A program made the position numbers and the translations under genes. The notes beneath the pieces are model-generated. The model made no database searches, was not told the DNA's origin, and saw only the letters and a program-made list of their open reading frames with translations. From a virus, in the IMG/VR virus record IMGVR_UViG_3300005265_000001, positions 1 to 64,000 of that record: a stretch of DNA of 64,000 bases; one strand, 5' to 3'. This document shows, piece after piece, positions 10,685-19,860 of the stretch; positions within the stretch are counted from its first letter, which is position 1, and every line of letters starts with the position of its first letter.

Positions 10685-10760
10685 AGCGGGGTTGAGAAGT
10701 GGTTGTCTCGCCTGTCTCATACGCAGGAATACGAGGGTTCAAATCCCTCCCCCGCTACCA
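10685..10760 (+). tRNA. tRNA-Met(CAT), initiator-like body
   Basis: Cloverleaf: acceptor AGCGGGG/CCCCGCT, anticodon arm CCTGT-CTCATAC-GCAGG, T-loop TTCAAAT, encoded CCA. Confidence 0.93.
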
Positions 10761-10775
10761 TTTTTTAAAAAATAG

Positions 10776-10803
10776 TTGACTTTTGATTATTCTATGTTAT
10801 AAT
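10776..10803 (+). promoter_or_regulatory. sigma70-type promoter
   Basis: TTGACT-16 bp-TATAAT with TG extension. Confidence 0.65.
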
Positions 10804-10830
10804 AGATGCAAAAATAAGGGGGCAAAAATA

Positions 10831-11007
10831 ATGACTTTGAGGGAATTGAAAGAGAAAATTGATAAAATGGTGGAAACGGCGGGAAATATGAATGTATTGG
10901 TGGAACATGCTGATAGCAACAAACTCTTTGAAATTGAATTGGATAGTGTTTTCGTGTGGAAAGATATAGTTATTATTGGAATATTGGATTGTAATGAATT
11001 AGAATAG
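10831..11007 (+). CDS. hypothetical protein
   Basis: ATG after GGGGG SD, downstream of a promoter. Confidence 0.6.
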   Translation: MTLRELKEKIDKMVETAGNMNVLVEHADSNKLFEIELDSVFVWKDIVIIGILDCNELE

Positions 11008-11022
11008 GGGGTAGAGATAAAA

Positions 11023-11241
11023 ATGAAATATATTGAAGCCTTTAAATTTTTGATTATTTTTTTGGGGACTGTTATACTTTTATATTTACTAACAAATCAT
11101 AATTATGAAATTTTTGTAAGCGGTATTGAAATGGTAAGGATGGGAAACATTAGTCAGGGGGCGCATACAATTTTCAACAGTTTAATTTTGACATTTGTTG
11201 AATGGATTGCGGTTATTTATGTTGAATGGAAATTGATTTGA
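11023..11241 (+). CDS. small membrane protein
   Basis: two hydrophobic helices. Confidence 0.55.
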   Translation: MKYIEAFKFLIIFLGTVILLYLLTNHNYEIFVSGIEMVRMGNISQGAHTIFNSLILTFVEWIAVIYVEWKLI

Positions 11242-11247
11242 AGTCTT

Positions 11248-11324
11248 GGGGGTGTAGCTCATTTTGGGAGAGCATTTGGTTTGCAACCAAGGGGTAGGGG
11301 GTTCGAGCCCCCCCACTTCCACCA
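11248..11324 (+). tRNA. tRNA-Ala(TGC)
   Basis: G3:U70 pair, loop TT-TGC-AA, GTTCGAG T-arm, ACCA end. Confidence 0.95.
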
Positions 11325-11337
11325 AAATAAGGGGGAT

Positions 11338-12042
11338 ATGATTTTGCTTTGTTTTATGGGAGATGTCCATAGAGAATGGTTTAATGTGTATGGATTATTA
11401 GATAGAATTGAGCGTAGAAAATTAACACATGCAAATATAATTCAGTGTGGGGATTGGGGTGTTGGTTTTGTTGAATATGATGTTGATATGAAAGATATGG
11501 AGGCATTGAATGAATGTTTAAAATCGGTTAATGTCAAAATATTTGTTATTAGAGGAAATCATGATGATCCAAAATATTTTAATGGAAATATTTCATTTTC
11601 TAATCTTAAATTGGTAAGAGACTATGAGGTTTTTTCTATTGATGGGTTTAATATTTTGCCAATAGGGGGGGCAACTTCTATTGATAAAGAATGGAGAAAA
11701 ATACACGGATATGGATGGTGGCCTAATGAAAAAGTTTTTTTAAATGAAAAAAGATTGAAAACATTTGAAAATGTTGATATAGTTGTGTCTCATACGGCAC
11801 CAATTTTTGTTAAACCTTTTGTTATTGATAAGGTTTTTGATATTAATGATGTATTAAAGAAAGAACTCGAAGATGAGCGCAAACTAATGGAAAAAATATT
11901 TAATATGTTACATGAAAAAAATAATATAAGATATTGGTTTTATGGACATTTTCATGGTAATTCTGAAATGGTAAGTGCATTTGAAACCTATGAATCAGTA
12001 GATTTTAGATTTTTAGATGAACATGAAATTTTTTGTCTTTAG
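11338..12042 (+). CDS. calcineurin-like metallophosphoesterase
   Basis: GDVH, CGDWG, RGNHD, SHTAP, GHFH; true start lies after tRNA-Ala. Confidence 0.88.
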   Translation: MILLCFMGDVHREWFNVYGLLDRIERRKLTHANIIQCGDWGVGFVEYDVDMKDMEALNECLKSVNVKIFVIRGNHDDPKYFNGNISFSNLKLVRDYEVFSIDGFNILPIGGATSIDKEWRKIHGYGWWPNEKVFLNEKRLKTFENVDIVVSHTAPIFVKPFVIDKVFDINDVLKKELEDERKLMEKIFNMLHEKNNIRYWFYGHFHGNSEMVSAFETYESVDFRFLDEHEIFCL

Positions 12043-12097
12043 TGGTTTATTTTTTGAGTTTTTGTGTTATAATAACAACCAAAATGGGAGATGAAAA

Positions 12098-12292
12098 ATG
12101 CCTATTACAGATGTAAAGGTTAAATTAATTGGGGAAGATGGAAACGCATTTGCAATTTTGGGAAATGTTAGACGGGCAATGCGGGAAGCGGGAGTCCCGA
12201 ATGAAGTAATTTCCGAATATTTTGAAAAGGCCATGTCGGGAGATTACAATAATTTATTGAAGGTTACTTCTGAATATGTAAAAATTTATTAA
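12098..12292 (+). CDS. conserved phage hypothetical protein
   Basis: VKLIGEDGNAFAILG motif; has its own promoter (12046-12073) and SD. Confidence 0.7.
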   Translation: MPITDVKVKLIGEDGNAFAILGNVRRAMREAGVPNEVISEYFEKAMSGDYNNLLKVTSEYVKIY

Positions 12293-12298
12293 AAAATC

Positions 12299-12376
12299 GG
12301 TGTGGTAGTTCTAACTGGTTAGAACACCGGCCCGTCACGTCGGGGGTTGCGGGTTCGAGTCCCGTCCGCACCGCCA
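12299..12376 (+). tRNA. tRNA-Asp(GTC)
   Basis: acceptor GGTGTGG/CCGCACC, G73, arm CCGGC-CCGTCAC-GTCGG, CCA. Confidence 0.93.
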
Positions 12377-12541
12377 AGGGGTTAAAAATGGATACAGTAA
12401 AATATGCAAAAATTATTTCAAGAAATACAATTGGTCGGATCAAATCAACGGTGGTGTTGGATGGAAAGGCTAAATTTTCAAAAAAACGATACAAAAGAGA
12501 AAAACAAAAGGTTAAATATAATTTGAAACGGGGCAATTACG

Positions 12542-12784
12542 ATGATATTTGAAAAACGAATAGCTGGTTTAATTCATTGGTTATGGTCGCATTGGATGGA
12601 ACATATTTTCTTTGTATCTGAAAAAAATAATGATGGGTCCATTACAATTGATAAATATTTAGTTAAACGATGGAAAAGGCAAATGAGAACACCATACAGA
12701 TTACTTTCAAAAATGGAACAGGAAAGTGATTTAAAATTAGCACGGAAATTTATTAAAATGTTTATGTTTAATTATAACAAATGA
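12542..12784 (+). CDS. hypothetical protein
   Basis: ORF with Trp-rich HWLWSHWMEH...RWKRQM motif. Confidence 0.65.
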   Translation: MIFEKRIAGLIHWLWSHWMEHIFFVSEKNNDGSITIDKYLVKRWKRQMRTPYRLLSKMEQESDLKLARKFIKMFMFNYNK

Positions 12785-12817
12785 TGTGGTATAATAAGGA
12801 AAAACGGGGGAAACAAT

Positions 12818-13834
12818 ATGGGAATTGACACAAATATTATTGATTTTTTGATTGAAAATAATAATGGACAACCAAAAATAAATGATGCACGTTTTCAAGA
12901 TTTGCCCATTGAAGTTGATTATTATAAATGGGAAAAGGGCACAAAACATTTAAGGGGAAAGTTAGTTCCATTTATTATCAATGATAGAAGTTTACCTATT
13001 ATTTCAATGGTTTATCATTATGGATTTAAACAAATTACAAATATAAATGAGAAGGTTGTTTGTATTGAACATTTTTCCAAAGTTTTTGAAGATTCTGTTA
13101 AAATTTGCCCAATTTGTGAATTTTTGAGAAGTTCGGATCATTATAAAATACTGAAATTGTTCAATTATATGTCTTGGAAATCCAAGTATCCATTTAACAA
13201 AACATATATTAAAAATCCAGCGGCACTTGCTAAATTGGATTATTATAGAAAAGCGGTATTTCAATTGAATCCTACTATTATTTATTATATGTTGTTTATT
13301 CCAAAACCATTTAAGGGGCAAATGGTTTTTATGCGAATTTATGACAAAAATATTGGGGAAATTCTAAAGGTTTTGAATAAATACAAAACAAATGGAAAAA
13401 TTGAAAAATGTTATGAAGTCTTTGATGGATACGATGCCGTATTTACCTTTAATAATAAGGGGTATATTACGTCATTAAAATTTGATGAGGAAGATTCTTT
13501 AGTTTCAAATAAGAAGGATGATGTCACAAAAATTAAAGAAACTATTGAAAAATTGGATGTATTTAGACGAATGGATATTGTTATTCAAGAACCTGAATAT
13601 TATGAAAATTTGATTCTTGATTTTTATACAACTTTGATGAGCATTTTGGAAAAACGGTATAAAATTATATATGATAAAGATGAGGAAACATTTACTCCAA
13701 TTGATTATATTGGTCAGGAAACAAATGATGAGTATATTCCTCCTCCAAACAATGAAAATATTCCGCCAATGCCAGAATCGGAAGAAGAGGAAGATGCTGA
13801 ATTTATTGATTTGGGGGATGATATACCATTCTAA
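12818..13834 (+). CDS. single-stranded DNA-binding protein, T4 gp32-like
   Basis: H..C..CPIC zinc site, acidic tail ending DDIPF. Confidence 0.75.
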   Translation: MGIDTNIIDFLIENNNGQPKINDARFQDLPIEVDYYKWEKGTKHLRGKLVPFIINDRSLPIISMVYHYGFKQITNINEKVVCIEHFSKVFEDSVKICPICEFLRSSDHYKILKLFNYMSWKSKYPFNKTYIKNPAALAKLDYYRKAVFQLNPTIIYYMLFIPKPFKGQMVFMRIYDKNIGEILKVLNKYKTNGKIEKCYEVFDGYDAVFTFNNKGYITSLKFDEEDSLVSNKKDDVTKIKETIEKLDVFRRMDIVIQEPEYYENLILDFYTTLMSILEKRYKIIYDKDEETFTPIDYIGQETNDEYIPPPNNENIPPMPESEEEEDAEFIDLGDDIPF

Positions 13835-13844
13835 GGGGTAAAAT

Positions 13845-14231
13845 ATGAGTGAAACAAAATACGATATTTTAGAATTGGGTATTCCGAATGTTTGTTTTTC
13901 ATGCGCTAATGAAGTAGAGGATGAAGAGCGTCGGAAAAAATACAAAGAACAAAGACTTGAGCGGGGTTTTGATGATACTGAAACATGGGATTTAGATTAC
14001 GTTTTTGCAAAATTTATGTTACCACGATTGAAACGATTAATGAAAGTGTCAAATGAAATAGTAGATTGGTCAGAAGATATTGAAGATATTAAAAAATTAG
14101 AAAAAGCACTTGAATTGATTATTTTGGAAATGGAGAGTGACGATGTTTGTTTGTTGACAAAAGAACAAAATGATGAAGTAAAAGAGGGATTGGAAGTTTT
14201 ACCTAAACTTTTTAGAAAATTATGGTGGTAA
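13845..14231 (+). CDS. hypothetical phage protein
   Basis: ERGFDDTETWDLD...FRKLWW; SD present. Confidence 0.7.
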   Translation: MSETKYDILELGIPNVCFSCANEVEDEERRKKYKEQRLERGFDDTETWDLDYVFAKFMLPRLKRLMKVSNEIVDWSEDIEDIKKLEKALELIILEMESDDVCLLTKEQNDEVKEGLEVLPKLFRKLWW

Positions 14232-14234
14232 AAT

Positions 14235-15056
14235 ATGAAAAAAACTTATATTTTGAAAAAGTCATTGTATTTTTATCCCGACGTTTTTAGGTATTATGCT
14301 TATAAAAGGGCATGTTTTGAACCTGTGAATGTAATGGATTTTGAAAAAGAAATTGATTTAACAGAACCGATTACTTTCAATGAAGAGTTTTGTGTTGATA
14401 TTTCAATTGAAAAAATAGGTGGTTTTTATTCTGTTTTACTTTTACCAACTTACCAAACAGAATATTATAATCCTTTTATTCTTTTTAAAAGTGAAAAATT
14501 TTATGCTGATTTTTTTGATGAATGTTTGGAGTGGTGGTTTTTGAAAGAGAAAGATGGGGCACTATTTCCATATATGGAAAGTGTTTCAGTTGTTATTGAT
14601 GATGGGGAAATTGATAAATATTTTAAGGATTTGGTTGTTTATGAACATAAATATACAATAAAACGGTATAATAAATTTGAAGGGTTATCAATAGAGGAAA
14701 TAGAGGAAAAGTTTGGGAAAGAGGCGGCACAAGAGGCATATACAGATGCAATTATTACGGGCAAAAATCCGTCCCGTCATTTAGAACCGATTGAAGTTTT
14801 GGAAAAATGTATTGATTTTACATTTTTTATCAAGAGAGAGGAAAGAAATATAAAAATTCAGATGTTTGCAAATATTCCAGAAACAAATAAACTGAAATTA
14901 TTGGAAACAACTGTTTTAGATGGAAATCATTTTGATTTAAAAGATGTAAAAAATGTGTATTCAGAAATTACTAATACAATGTTCAAAAGAGTTAAATTGA
15001 GATATAATATAAAATGGGAATATACTAAAAAAGAGGATTCGAGTTTATTATTTTAG
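14235..15056 (+). CDS. hypothetical protein
   Basis: 273-aa ORF in operon-like spacing. Confidence 0.7.
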   Translation: MKKTYILKKSLYFYPDVFRYYAYKRACFEPVNVMDFEKEIDLTEPITFNEEFCVDISIEKIGGFYSVLLLPTYQTEYYNPFILFKSEKFYADFFDECLEWWFLKEKDGALFPYMESVSVVIDDGEIDKYFKDLVVYEHKYTIKRYNKFEGLSIEEIEEKFGKEAAQEAYTDAIITGKNPSRHLEPIEVLEKCIDFTFFIKREERNIKIQMFANIPETNKLKLLETTVLDGNHFDLKDVKNVYSEITNTMFKRVKLRYNIKWEYTKKEDSSLLF

Positions 15057-15067
15057 AGGGGGAAATA

Positions 15068-15301
15068 ATGGCTATAAGAGCAAATAATGTCAAAATTTAT
15101 GTTTTGCGGATTATATGTGAAGATTGTATGAATGAAATGGAATTTTTTGGTATGAATCTTGATAGTGAGCCGCAAAAATATCAATATGTTTGTGGAAAAT
15201 GTGGTAAAATAGAAGAACTTTCTGAAAGATATCCAATTATTCAATATAGAACAGATGATGGAGAACTTCTTTTAGAAAAACATGGGGAGAATATAAAATG
15301 A
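15068..15301 (+). CDS. Zn-ribbon protein
   Basis: CEDC...CGKC. Confidence 0.6.
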   Translation: MAIRANNVKIYVLRIICEDCMNEMEFFGMNLDSEPQKYQYVCGKCGKIEELSERYPIIQYRTDDGELLLEKHGENIK

Positions 15302-15648
15302 AAAAAATTTTAATGATTGTGTTTTTTGTATTGTTAATGTCGAATGTTGTATTTGCCGATAGAATTGTTTTGTATTATCCACACGCTGAATATATTCCAG
15401 TTTTTGATACTTGTGAATCGGCCAATGTCTTTTTAAGAACTATGGTTATGAAAGATAAAGATGCGATCCATAAAATTATTGATGATTTGATTAAAAATAA
15501 ACATTTATCTGTTTTGCCAAGTGGAACGGAAGTTGTTATTTTGAATGTAAATAAAACAAATTGTGTTCAAGTTATGGCAATTGATAATAAAGGAAAACAA
15601 AAAGTAGTTATTACTTTGAAAACCTTTTTGAGAAAAACATTTAGGTAA
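15298..15648 (+). CDS. secreted hypothetical protein
   Basis: signal peptide MKKILMIVFFVLLMSNVVFA. Confidence 0.6.
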   Translation: MKKILMIVFFVLLMSNVVFADRIVLYYPHAEYIPVFDTCESANVFLRTMVMKDKDAIHKIIDDLIKNKHLSVLPSGTEVVILNVNKTNCVQVMAIDNKGKQKVVITLKTFLRKTFR

Positions 15649-15656
15649 ATAAAATT

Positions 15657-16730
15657 ATGAGACTTGATAAAATTGAACTTATTGAATATTTATTAGAACA
15701 AAAGGGGTTTTATGTAAAACATTCCCCTGTAAATAGATTGAAAGGACATATAAATATAAGATGTCCTTATTGCGGTGATAGTAAGAAAAATCCCCACAAA
15801 ACCCATGCAAATATTGATGTAAATAATAAACTGTTTCATTGTTTTCGATGTGAACGGTCGGGTTTAGATCAATTATTAGAAGATTTTAATTTAACTGAAA
15901 TCAAAAATATTTTGTATGGTGATACGGGGCTGTCTTCACTTTTTTCTTTTGTGAAAATGTTTGAGCAAATTAACTTTAAAGATGAGAAATTTAATAAATC
16001 TAATGAATTTAAGTATAAGTTGATTAATTTTTTGAAAATGCGGGATTTGATGGAAAATAAAAATTCCATTTTGTTTAAAAAGAGTGTAGAATATCTTGAA
16101 AAACGGGGATTTGATGTTGATTTTCTGAGAGATGAATTTGATGTGTTTTTTGTGACTGAATATGTGGTATTTTTTGAAAGATATAAAGGACGTATTATTA
16201 TACCTTCTTTAAATCGAATTACTTTTCAAAGTAGGGCAATATTCCAACATATTAAACCAAAATATTTTAAACCAACAGGCAGACCCGATGATGTTTCAGG
16301 TAGAATAATTGGAAATGATAAATATCTATTTTTAACAGAGGGTCCTTTGGATGCCTTGAAATTATGTCAATTTGGATATGATGCTTTAAGTTTGAATGGA
16401 AAAGGCACGGCGTCAATGGAATTTTCACTATATAATATGATGTTAAGACAAAGAATACTATCAAAAGAAAAAATTATATACTTTCAAGATAAAGAAATTG
16501 TGAAAAATGAATTGCATGGAATTTTGAAAAAAATAATGAAAGTTTTTGATTATGAAAAAGAACTTCACTTTATTGATTATAGTATATTAGATGATGATAT
16601 TGGAGATGCGGGTGATTTGAAAGATAGAAAAATTGTTAAAGAATTGATTGAAACCGCTTTAATATATAAACCTGAAATTTTTAGAGTTTCTAATACTTTG
16701 GATGAAATTGTAAGTAGTTTAAAAAAGTAA
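15657..16730 (+). CDS. DNA primase (DnaG/T4 gp61-like)
   Basis: CPYCGDS...HCFRC zinc finger, YLEKRG, RIIIP, TOPRIM TEGPLDA. Confidence 0.9.
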   Translation: MRLDKIELIEYLLEQKGFYVKHSPVNRLKGHINIRCPYCGDSKKNPHKTHANIDVNNKLFHCFRCERSGLDQLLEDFNLTEIKNILYGDTGLSSLFSFVKMFEQINFKDEKFNKSNEFKYKLINFLKMRDLMENKNSILFKKSVEYLEKRGFDVDFLRDEFDVFFVTEYVVFFERYKGRIIIPSLNRITFQSRAIFQHIKPKYFKPTGRPDDVSGRIIGNDKYLFLTEGPLDALKLCQFGYDALSLNGKGTASMEFSLYNMMLRQRILSKEKIIYFQDKEIVKNELHGILKKIMKVFDYEKELHFIDYSILDDDIGDAGDLKDRKIVKELIETALIYKPEIFRVSNTLDEIVSSLKK

Positions 16731-16770
16731 TTTTTTATGATATAATAACTAAAAAATGGGGGAATAAAAA

Positions 16771-16941
16771 GTGAGATATGATGATTATGTGAGAGAAATG
16801 GAAGATAGGCATTTAATGATTATTTGGAAATGTGATAAATGTGGCATGGAAAGGGAAGAACCTCCGGGCTATAATGAAGGCGGCTTTTGTGATTGTGGGG
16901 GAACCTTTTATAAAGCGGGTGAAAGTTATGATGCCTATTAG
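16771..16941 (+). CDS. small Zn-ribbon protein (56 aa, not in ORF track)
   Basis: GTG start after GGGGG and promoter 16718-16746; CDKC...CDC. Confidence 0.55.
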   Translation: MRYDDYVREMEDRHLMIIWKCDKCGMEREEPPGYNEGGFCDCGGTFYKAGESYDAY

Positions 16942-17078
16942 TAAAAAACAAAGAAAGGGGTGATTTTGTTTATATTATTAAAGTTTTTGCTAAAATTTTA
17001 ATGATGGGGTGATACTTATATTGTGTAAGTATTTGAATTTATTTAACAATTAAAATTATTAAACGATATTAAGGAGTT

Positions 17079-17579
17079 ATGATTATGGCTAAAACAGATG
17101 GAACTTTTACAACACCGAATCCAGACGATGATTTTCTGAGTGCTTTTAGAAAAGATTTGGAGCGGTTAAATGCTATTAAAGAAGGTAGATATGTAGAATG
17201 GGCGGCTGAGAATGAAGACAACCCAAAAATTAAAAATCTCATTGAGGAAAATGAGGATAAAATTAAAGAAATGTTGGAAAAGGAAGTAGATGAGGAAAAA
17301 GATGGGGAAGATCAGGATGAAACAGATGATGGGGGTGAGGAAGATTATGGGGAAGACCCCGAAGCCGTTGTGAGTGGATTATCAAAAGATGTAATTGAAA
17401 AATTGATTGAAACTCATGGTGAGGAAATCGTTGCACAATTAAATGAAGGTAAAGAAAATATTGAAATTGATTTACCAGCAGAAGAGTTTATTAAATTAGT
17501 AGAGGAAACGGTTGATGAAGTCATTGAGGATGAAGGTGGTGAAGTCGATGACGGCGGCGAAGTTGACGAAGGTGAATAA
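17079..17579 (+). CDS. highly acidic hypothetical protein
   Basis: D/E-rich 166 aa, AGGAG SD. Confidence 0.7.
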   Translation: MIMAKTDGTFTTPNPDDDFLSAFRKDLERLNAIKEGRYVEWAAENEDNPKIKNLIEENEDKIKEMLEKEVDEEKDGEDQDETDDGGEEDYGEDPEAVVSGLSKDVIEKLIETHGEEIVAQLNEGKENIEIDLPAEEFIKLVEETVDEVIEDEGGEVDDGGEVDEGE

Positions 17580-17605
17580 TAAAATTTTATAATTATGTTT
17601 ATAGA

Positions 17606-17932
17606 ATGGCATACAATAAAGTTAAACTGTATGCCATTTTGACTTTTGATTGGGGTGTGTATAAAATGATTGAAGGTTTGAATGAAGACTTTGCCAAAAA
17701 GGTTGTGTATTATATTAACAAAGATGTTTATGGTAGTGTGATTGGAGTAAAATTTGAAAATATTACTGATTTTACATGGGGTATATTGATTTGTATTGAT
17801 GTATATGGTAAAAAAAGATATTTGGATGTTTCTCAGAGTGAATTTGATAATATGAAAGATAATATGAATTACTTTGTTGAAAAATTCAAAAATATTCAAT
17901 CTGAAATGGTTGACAAATTAAATGGAATGTGA
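17606..17932 (+). CDS. hypothetical protein
   Basis: ORF track. Confidence 0.55.
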   Translation: MAYNKVKLYAILTFDWGVYKMIEGLNEDFAKKVVYYINKDVYGSVIGVKFENITDFTWGILICIDVYGKKRYLDVSQSEFDNMKDNMNYFVEKFKNIQSEMVDKLNGM

Positions 17933-17938
17933 TATATT
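17910..17938 (+). promoter_or_regulatory. sigma70-type promoter
   Basis: TTGACA-17 bp-TATATT with TG extension. Confidence 0.65.
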
Positions 17939-17963
17939 AAATAAAAAACAGGGGGAAAGATAG

Positions 17964-18122
17964 ATGAGAATTTCGATTGAAGATATTGAAACGGGAAAAT
18001 GTAAAGTGTATGATGATATCAATAAGATTAAAAATGAATTGGATAAAAGCAATTGCAAAACTCTATTGAAAATCGGTGAAAAAGTAATTTGTGTTGGGAA
18101 AACAGTTTATCGAAGGGTTTAA
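17964..18122 (+). CDS. hypothetical protein (52 aa, not in ORF track)
   Basis: ATG after GGGGG; ends just before tRNA-Leu. Confidence 0.5.
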   Translation: MRISIEDIETGKCKVYDDINKIKNELDKSNCKTLLKIGEKVICVGKTVYRRV

Positions 18123-18123
18123 T

Positions 18124-18200
18124 GGGGGAGTAGCGCAATAGGCAGAGGCAAAGGACTTAAAATCCTTCCAGTGTGGGTTCGAGTCCCACCTTCCCTACCA
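18124..18200 (+). tRNA. tRNA-Leu(TAA), short variable loop
   Basis: arm AAGGA-CTTAAAA-TCCTT, T-arm GTGGG-TTCGAGT-CCCAC, ACCA. Confidence 0.9.
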
Positions 18201-18216
18201 ATTTAAAGGAAATAAA

Positions 18217-18597
18217 ATGAATAAAATAGTTAGATATGGATTTACTCAGGCAATGGAAGGATTGACTTTATGGGTCAATACTCTTTCAGATGAAATAGTC
18301 AAGTTTGATATAAAAGATAGAGAAAAACGATGGGAATTGTATTGCAAACACGTTAAAATAACAATTGAAGAAATTGATGAAAATGATATACCAAAAGAGG
18401 GTGAAGAAATGAAAATAAATTTTGATGATGTTAAAGATTGGTATTTGAAACGTGTTAAACCAATTATTGAACACAAATTTTTGCATGAAGTAGATAAAAA
18501 GGTCTTGAAATCAATAGTTGATGACGTTTTTAAAGATTATGACAATGATATAATGGACGATATTGTAAATGCGTATGTTGAAGAGGTCGATCCGTAA
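18217..18597 (+). CDS. hypothetical protein
   Basis: ORF track, SD present. Confidence 0.6.
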   Translation: MNKIVRYGFTQAMEGLTLWVNTLSDEIVKFDIKDREKRWELYCKHVKITIEEIDENDIPKEGEEMKINFDDVKDWYLKRVKPIIEHKFLHEVDKKVLKSIVDDVFKDYDNDIMDDIVNAYVEEVDP

Positions 18598-18599
18598 AT

Positions 18600-18879
18600 C
18601 TCTAAAAAGTGGTGGGATAAATAATAAATTCTTAAATTTAAAGGAGAGTATTAATGGATAATACCTATATTGATGAAAATTTGGATAAAATGGAAATGAT
18701 TGACTATATTAAAAATACAAACGATGACAAGAAATTGAGGATTTTAAATACTGTGGTTGAATATTTCAGGTTTATTTGTAAAGAAAATGTTGATATCTTT
18801 AAATCAAAAATTCCATTTGTTTGTGAAAAATGGTAAATAAATAATTAAATTATAGCAAATATTCCACCGCTTTTTGGGG
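18600..18879 (+). repeat. 20-nt long-range inverted repeat (18600-18619 / 18860-18879) flanking a 60-aa ORF
   Basis: CTCTAAAAAGTGGTGGGATA pairs with TATTCCACCGCTTTTTGGGG: 16 Watson-Crick + 4 G-U, no mismatch. Confidence 0.7.
18654..18836 (+). CDS. hypothetical protein
   Basis: AGGAG SD, 60 aa. Confidence 0.6.
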   Translation: MDNTYIDENLDKMEMIDYIKNTNDDKKLRILNTVVEYFRFICKENVDIFKSKIPFVCEKW

Positions 18880-18933
18880 TTAGTCCCATGATTAAGGATG
18901 AATTGATTATAAAATAAAATTGGGATTGGGAGA

Positions 18934-19239
18934 ATGAATATAATAATTAATATTAAAAAGGAGATTGGACACAGATGTATTATAAAAGAAGATGGTCAAA
19001 AAATTTATAATAAAATTTATACCACTCTAAAGGAGGGAAAAGTTGTTACACTTGATTTTAATAATGTAACACAATTTAGTGGAAGTTTCTTTAATTATGC
19101 TATTGGTCAATTAATACGGAATATTAGTGCCGAGGATTTGCGATATTTACTTAAAATCGAAAATATTAATGAAAATGGAAAGTTAATTATACAGCGAGTC
19201 ATTGAAAACGCTATTGAACATTATAAAAAACGGAGGTAG
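18934..19239 (+). CDS. STAS-like domain protein (DUF4325-like)
   Basis: DGQKIYNKI...VTLDFNNV..FSGSFFNYAIGQL. Confidence 0.8.
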   Translation: MNIIINIKKEIGHRCIIKEDGQKIYNKIYTTLKEGKVVTLDFNNVTQFSGSFFNYAIGQLIRNISAEDLRYLLKIENINENGKLIIQRVIENAIEHYKKRR

Positions 19240-19244
19240 TTATT

Positions 19245-19433
19245 ATGGTTGTTATGTGTCCTATACATAACGTAGTAATGGAAAAAATCGAAACAAATAT
19301 TAGTGGATGTAATTTATTACCAACTATGCCTCCCGGTTGGGTCAGAGAGGAATTAGAAGGGACAGTTAAATTTGTATGTCAATTTGGTTGTGAGTTAATT
19401 TGTAATTTAAAATATTACCAAGGGGAAGATTAA
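19245..19433 (+). CDS. small Cys-rich protein
   Basis: CPIH, CQFGC; GGAGG SD. Confidence 0.55.
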   Translation: MVVMCPIHNVVMEKIETNISGCNLLPTMPPGWVREELEGTVKFVCQFGCELICNLKYYQGED

Positions 19434-19520
19434 ATAATAATTAATATCAATCAATTTATAAACGTTATCAAGAAGGCGATAAAAAAGGTCAATTCATTTA
19501 ATGATAAGGAGTTTGGAGAA

Positions 19521-19757
19521 ATGAAAATTTCTGATGTTACAATGAAACTTGACCCATTTGATGAAGTGATATGGAATCACGAAAAAGAATTTTTGGAACG
19601 ATTTACTGTTAATGGTTGCGGTCAAGAATTAATAGAAACATGTTGGGGACCTAATCATTTACAATTTGTTTTTTTAGTTGATTCTGGTGCAACTCCAGTT
19701 GATTCCGTTTCAATTAATGTTTTACAAAATTGGTTTGATGAATTGATTATAAAATAA
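19521..19757 (+). CDS. hypothetical protein
   Basis: GGAG SD. Confidence 0.55.
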   Translation: MKISDVTMKLDPFDEVIWNHEKEFLERFTVNGCGQELIETCWGPNHLQFVFLVDSGATPVDSVSINVLQNWFDELIIK

Positions 19758-19760
19758 AAT

Positions 19761-19837
19761 TGGGGAGTAGCGCAATTGGCAGAGGCGACGGTCTCAAACA
19801 CCGTATGTTGGGGGTTCGAGTCCCCCCTTCCCAACCA
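19761..19837 (+). tRNA. tRNA-Leu(CAA), short variable loop
   Basis: acceptor TGGGGAG/CTTCCCA, arm ACGGT-CTCAAAC-ACCGT, ACCA. Confidence 0.9.
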
Positions 19838-19860
19838 AAACAATAGAAGGGGAATATATA

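Larger units (their letters stand above)
18897..19764 (+). repeat. 28-bp exact direct repeat (18897-18924 and 19737-19764)
   Basis: GATGAATTGATTATAAAATAAAATTGGG occurs twice, 840 bp apart; the second copy runs into the 5' end of tRNA-Leu(CAA). Confidence 0.85.

Noticed and set aside
2367-16730. Introns or inteins in terminase, recombinase or primase
   Set aside because: ORFs are continuous, of normal length, and show no intein or homing-endonuclease motifs
16957-17032. GGGGTGAT direct repeat and ATACTTA/TAAGTAT inverted repeat as origin or operator
   Set aside because: Too short and AT-rich to distinguish from chance
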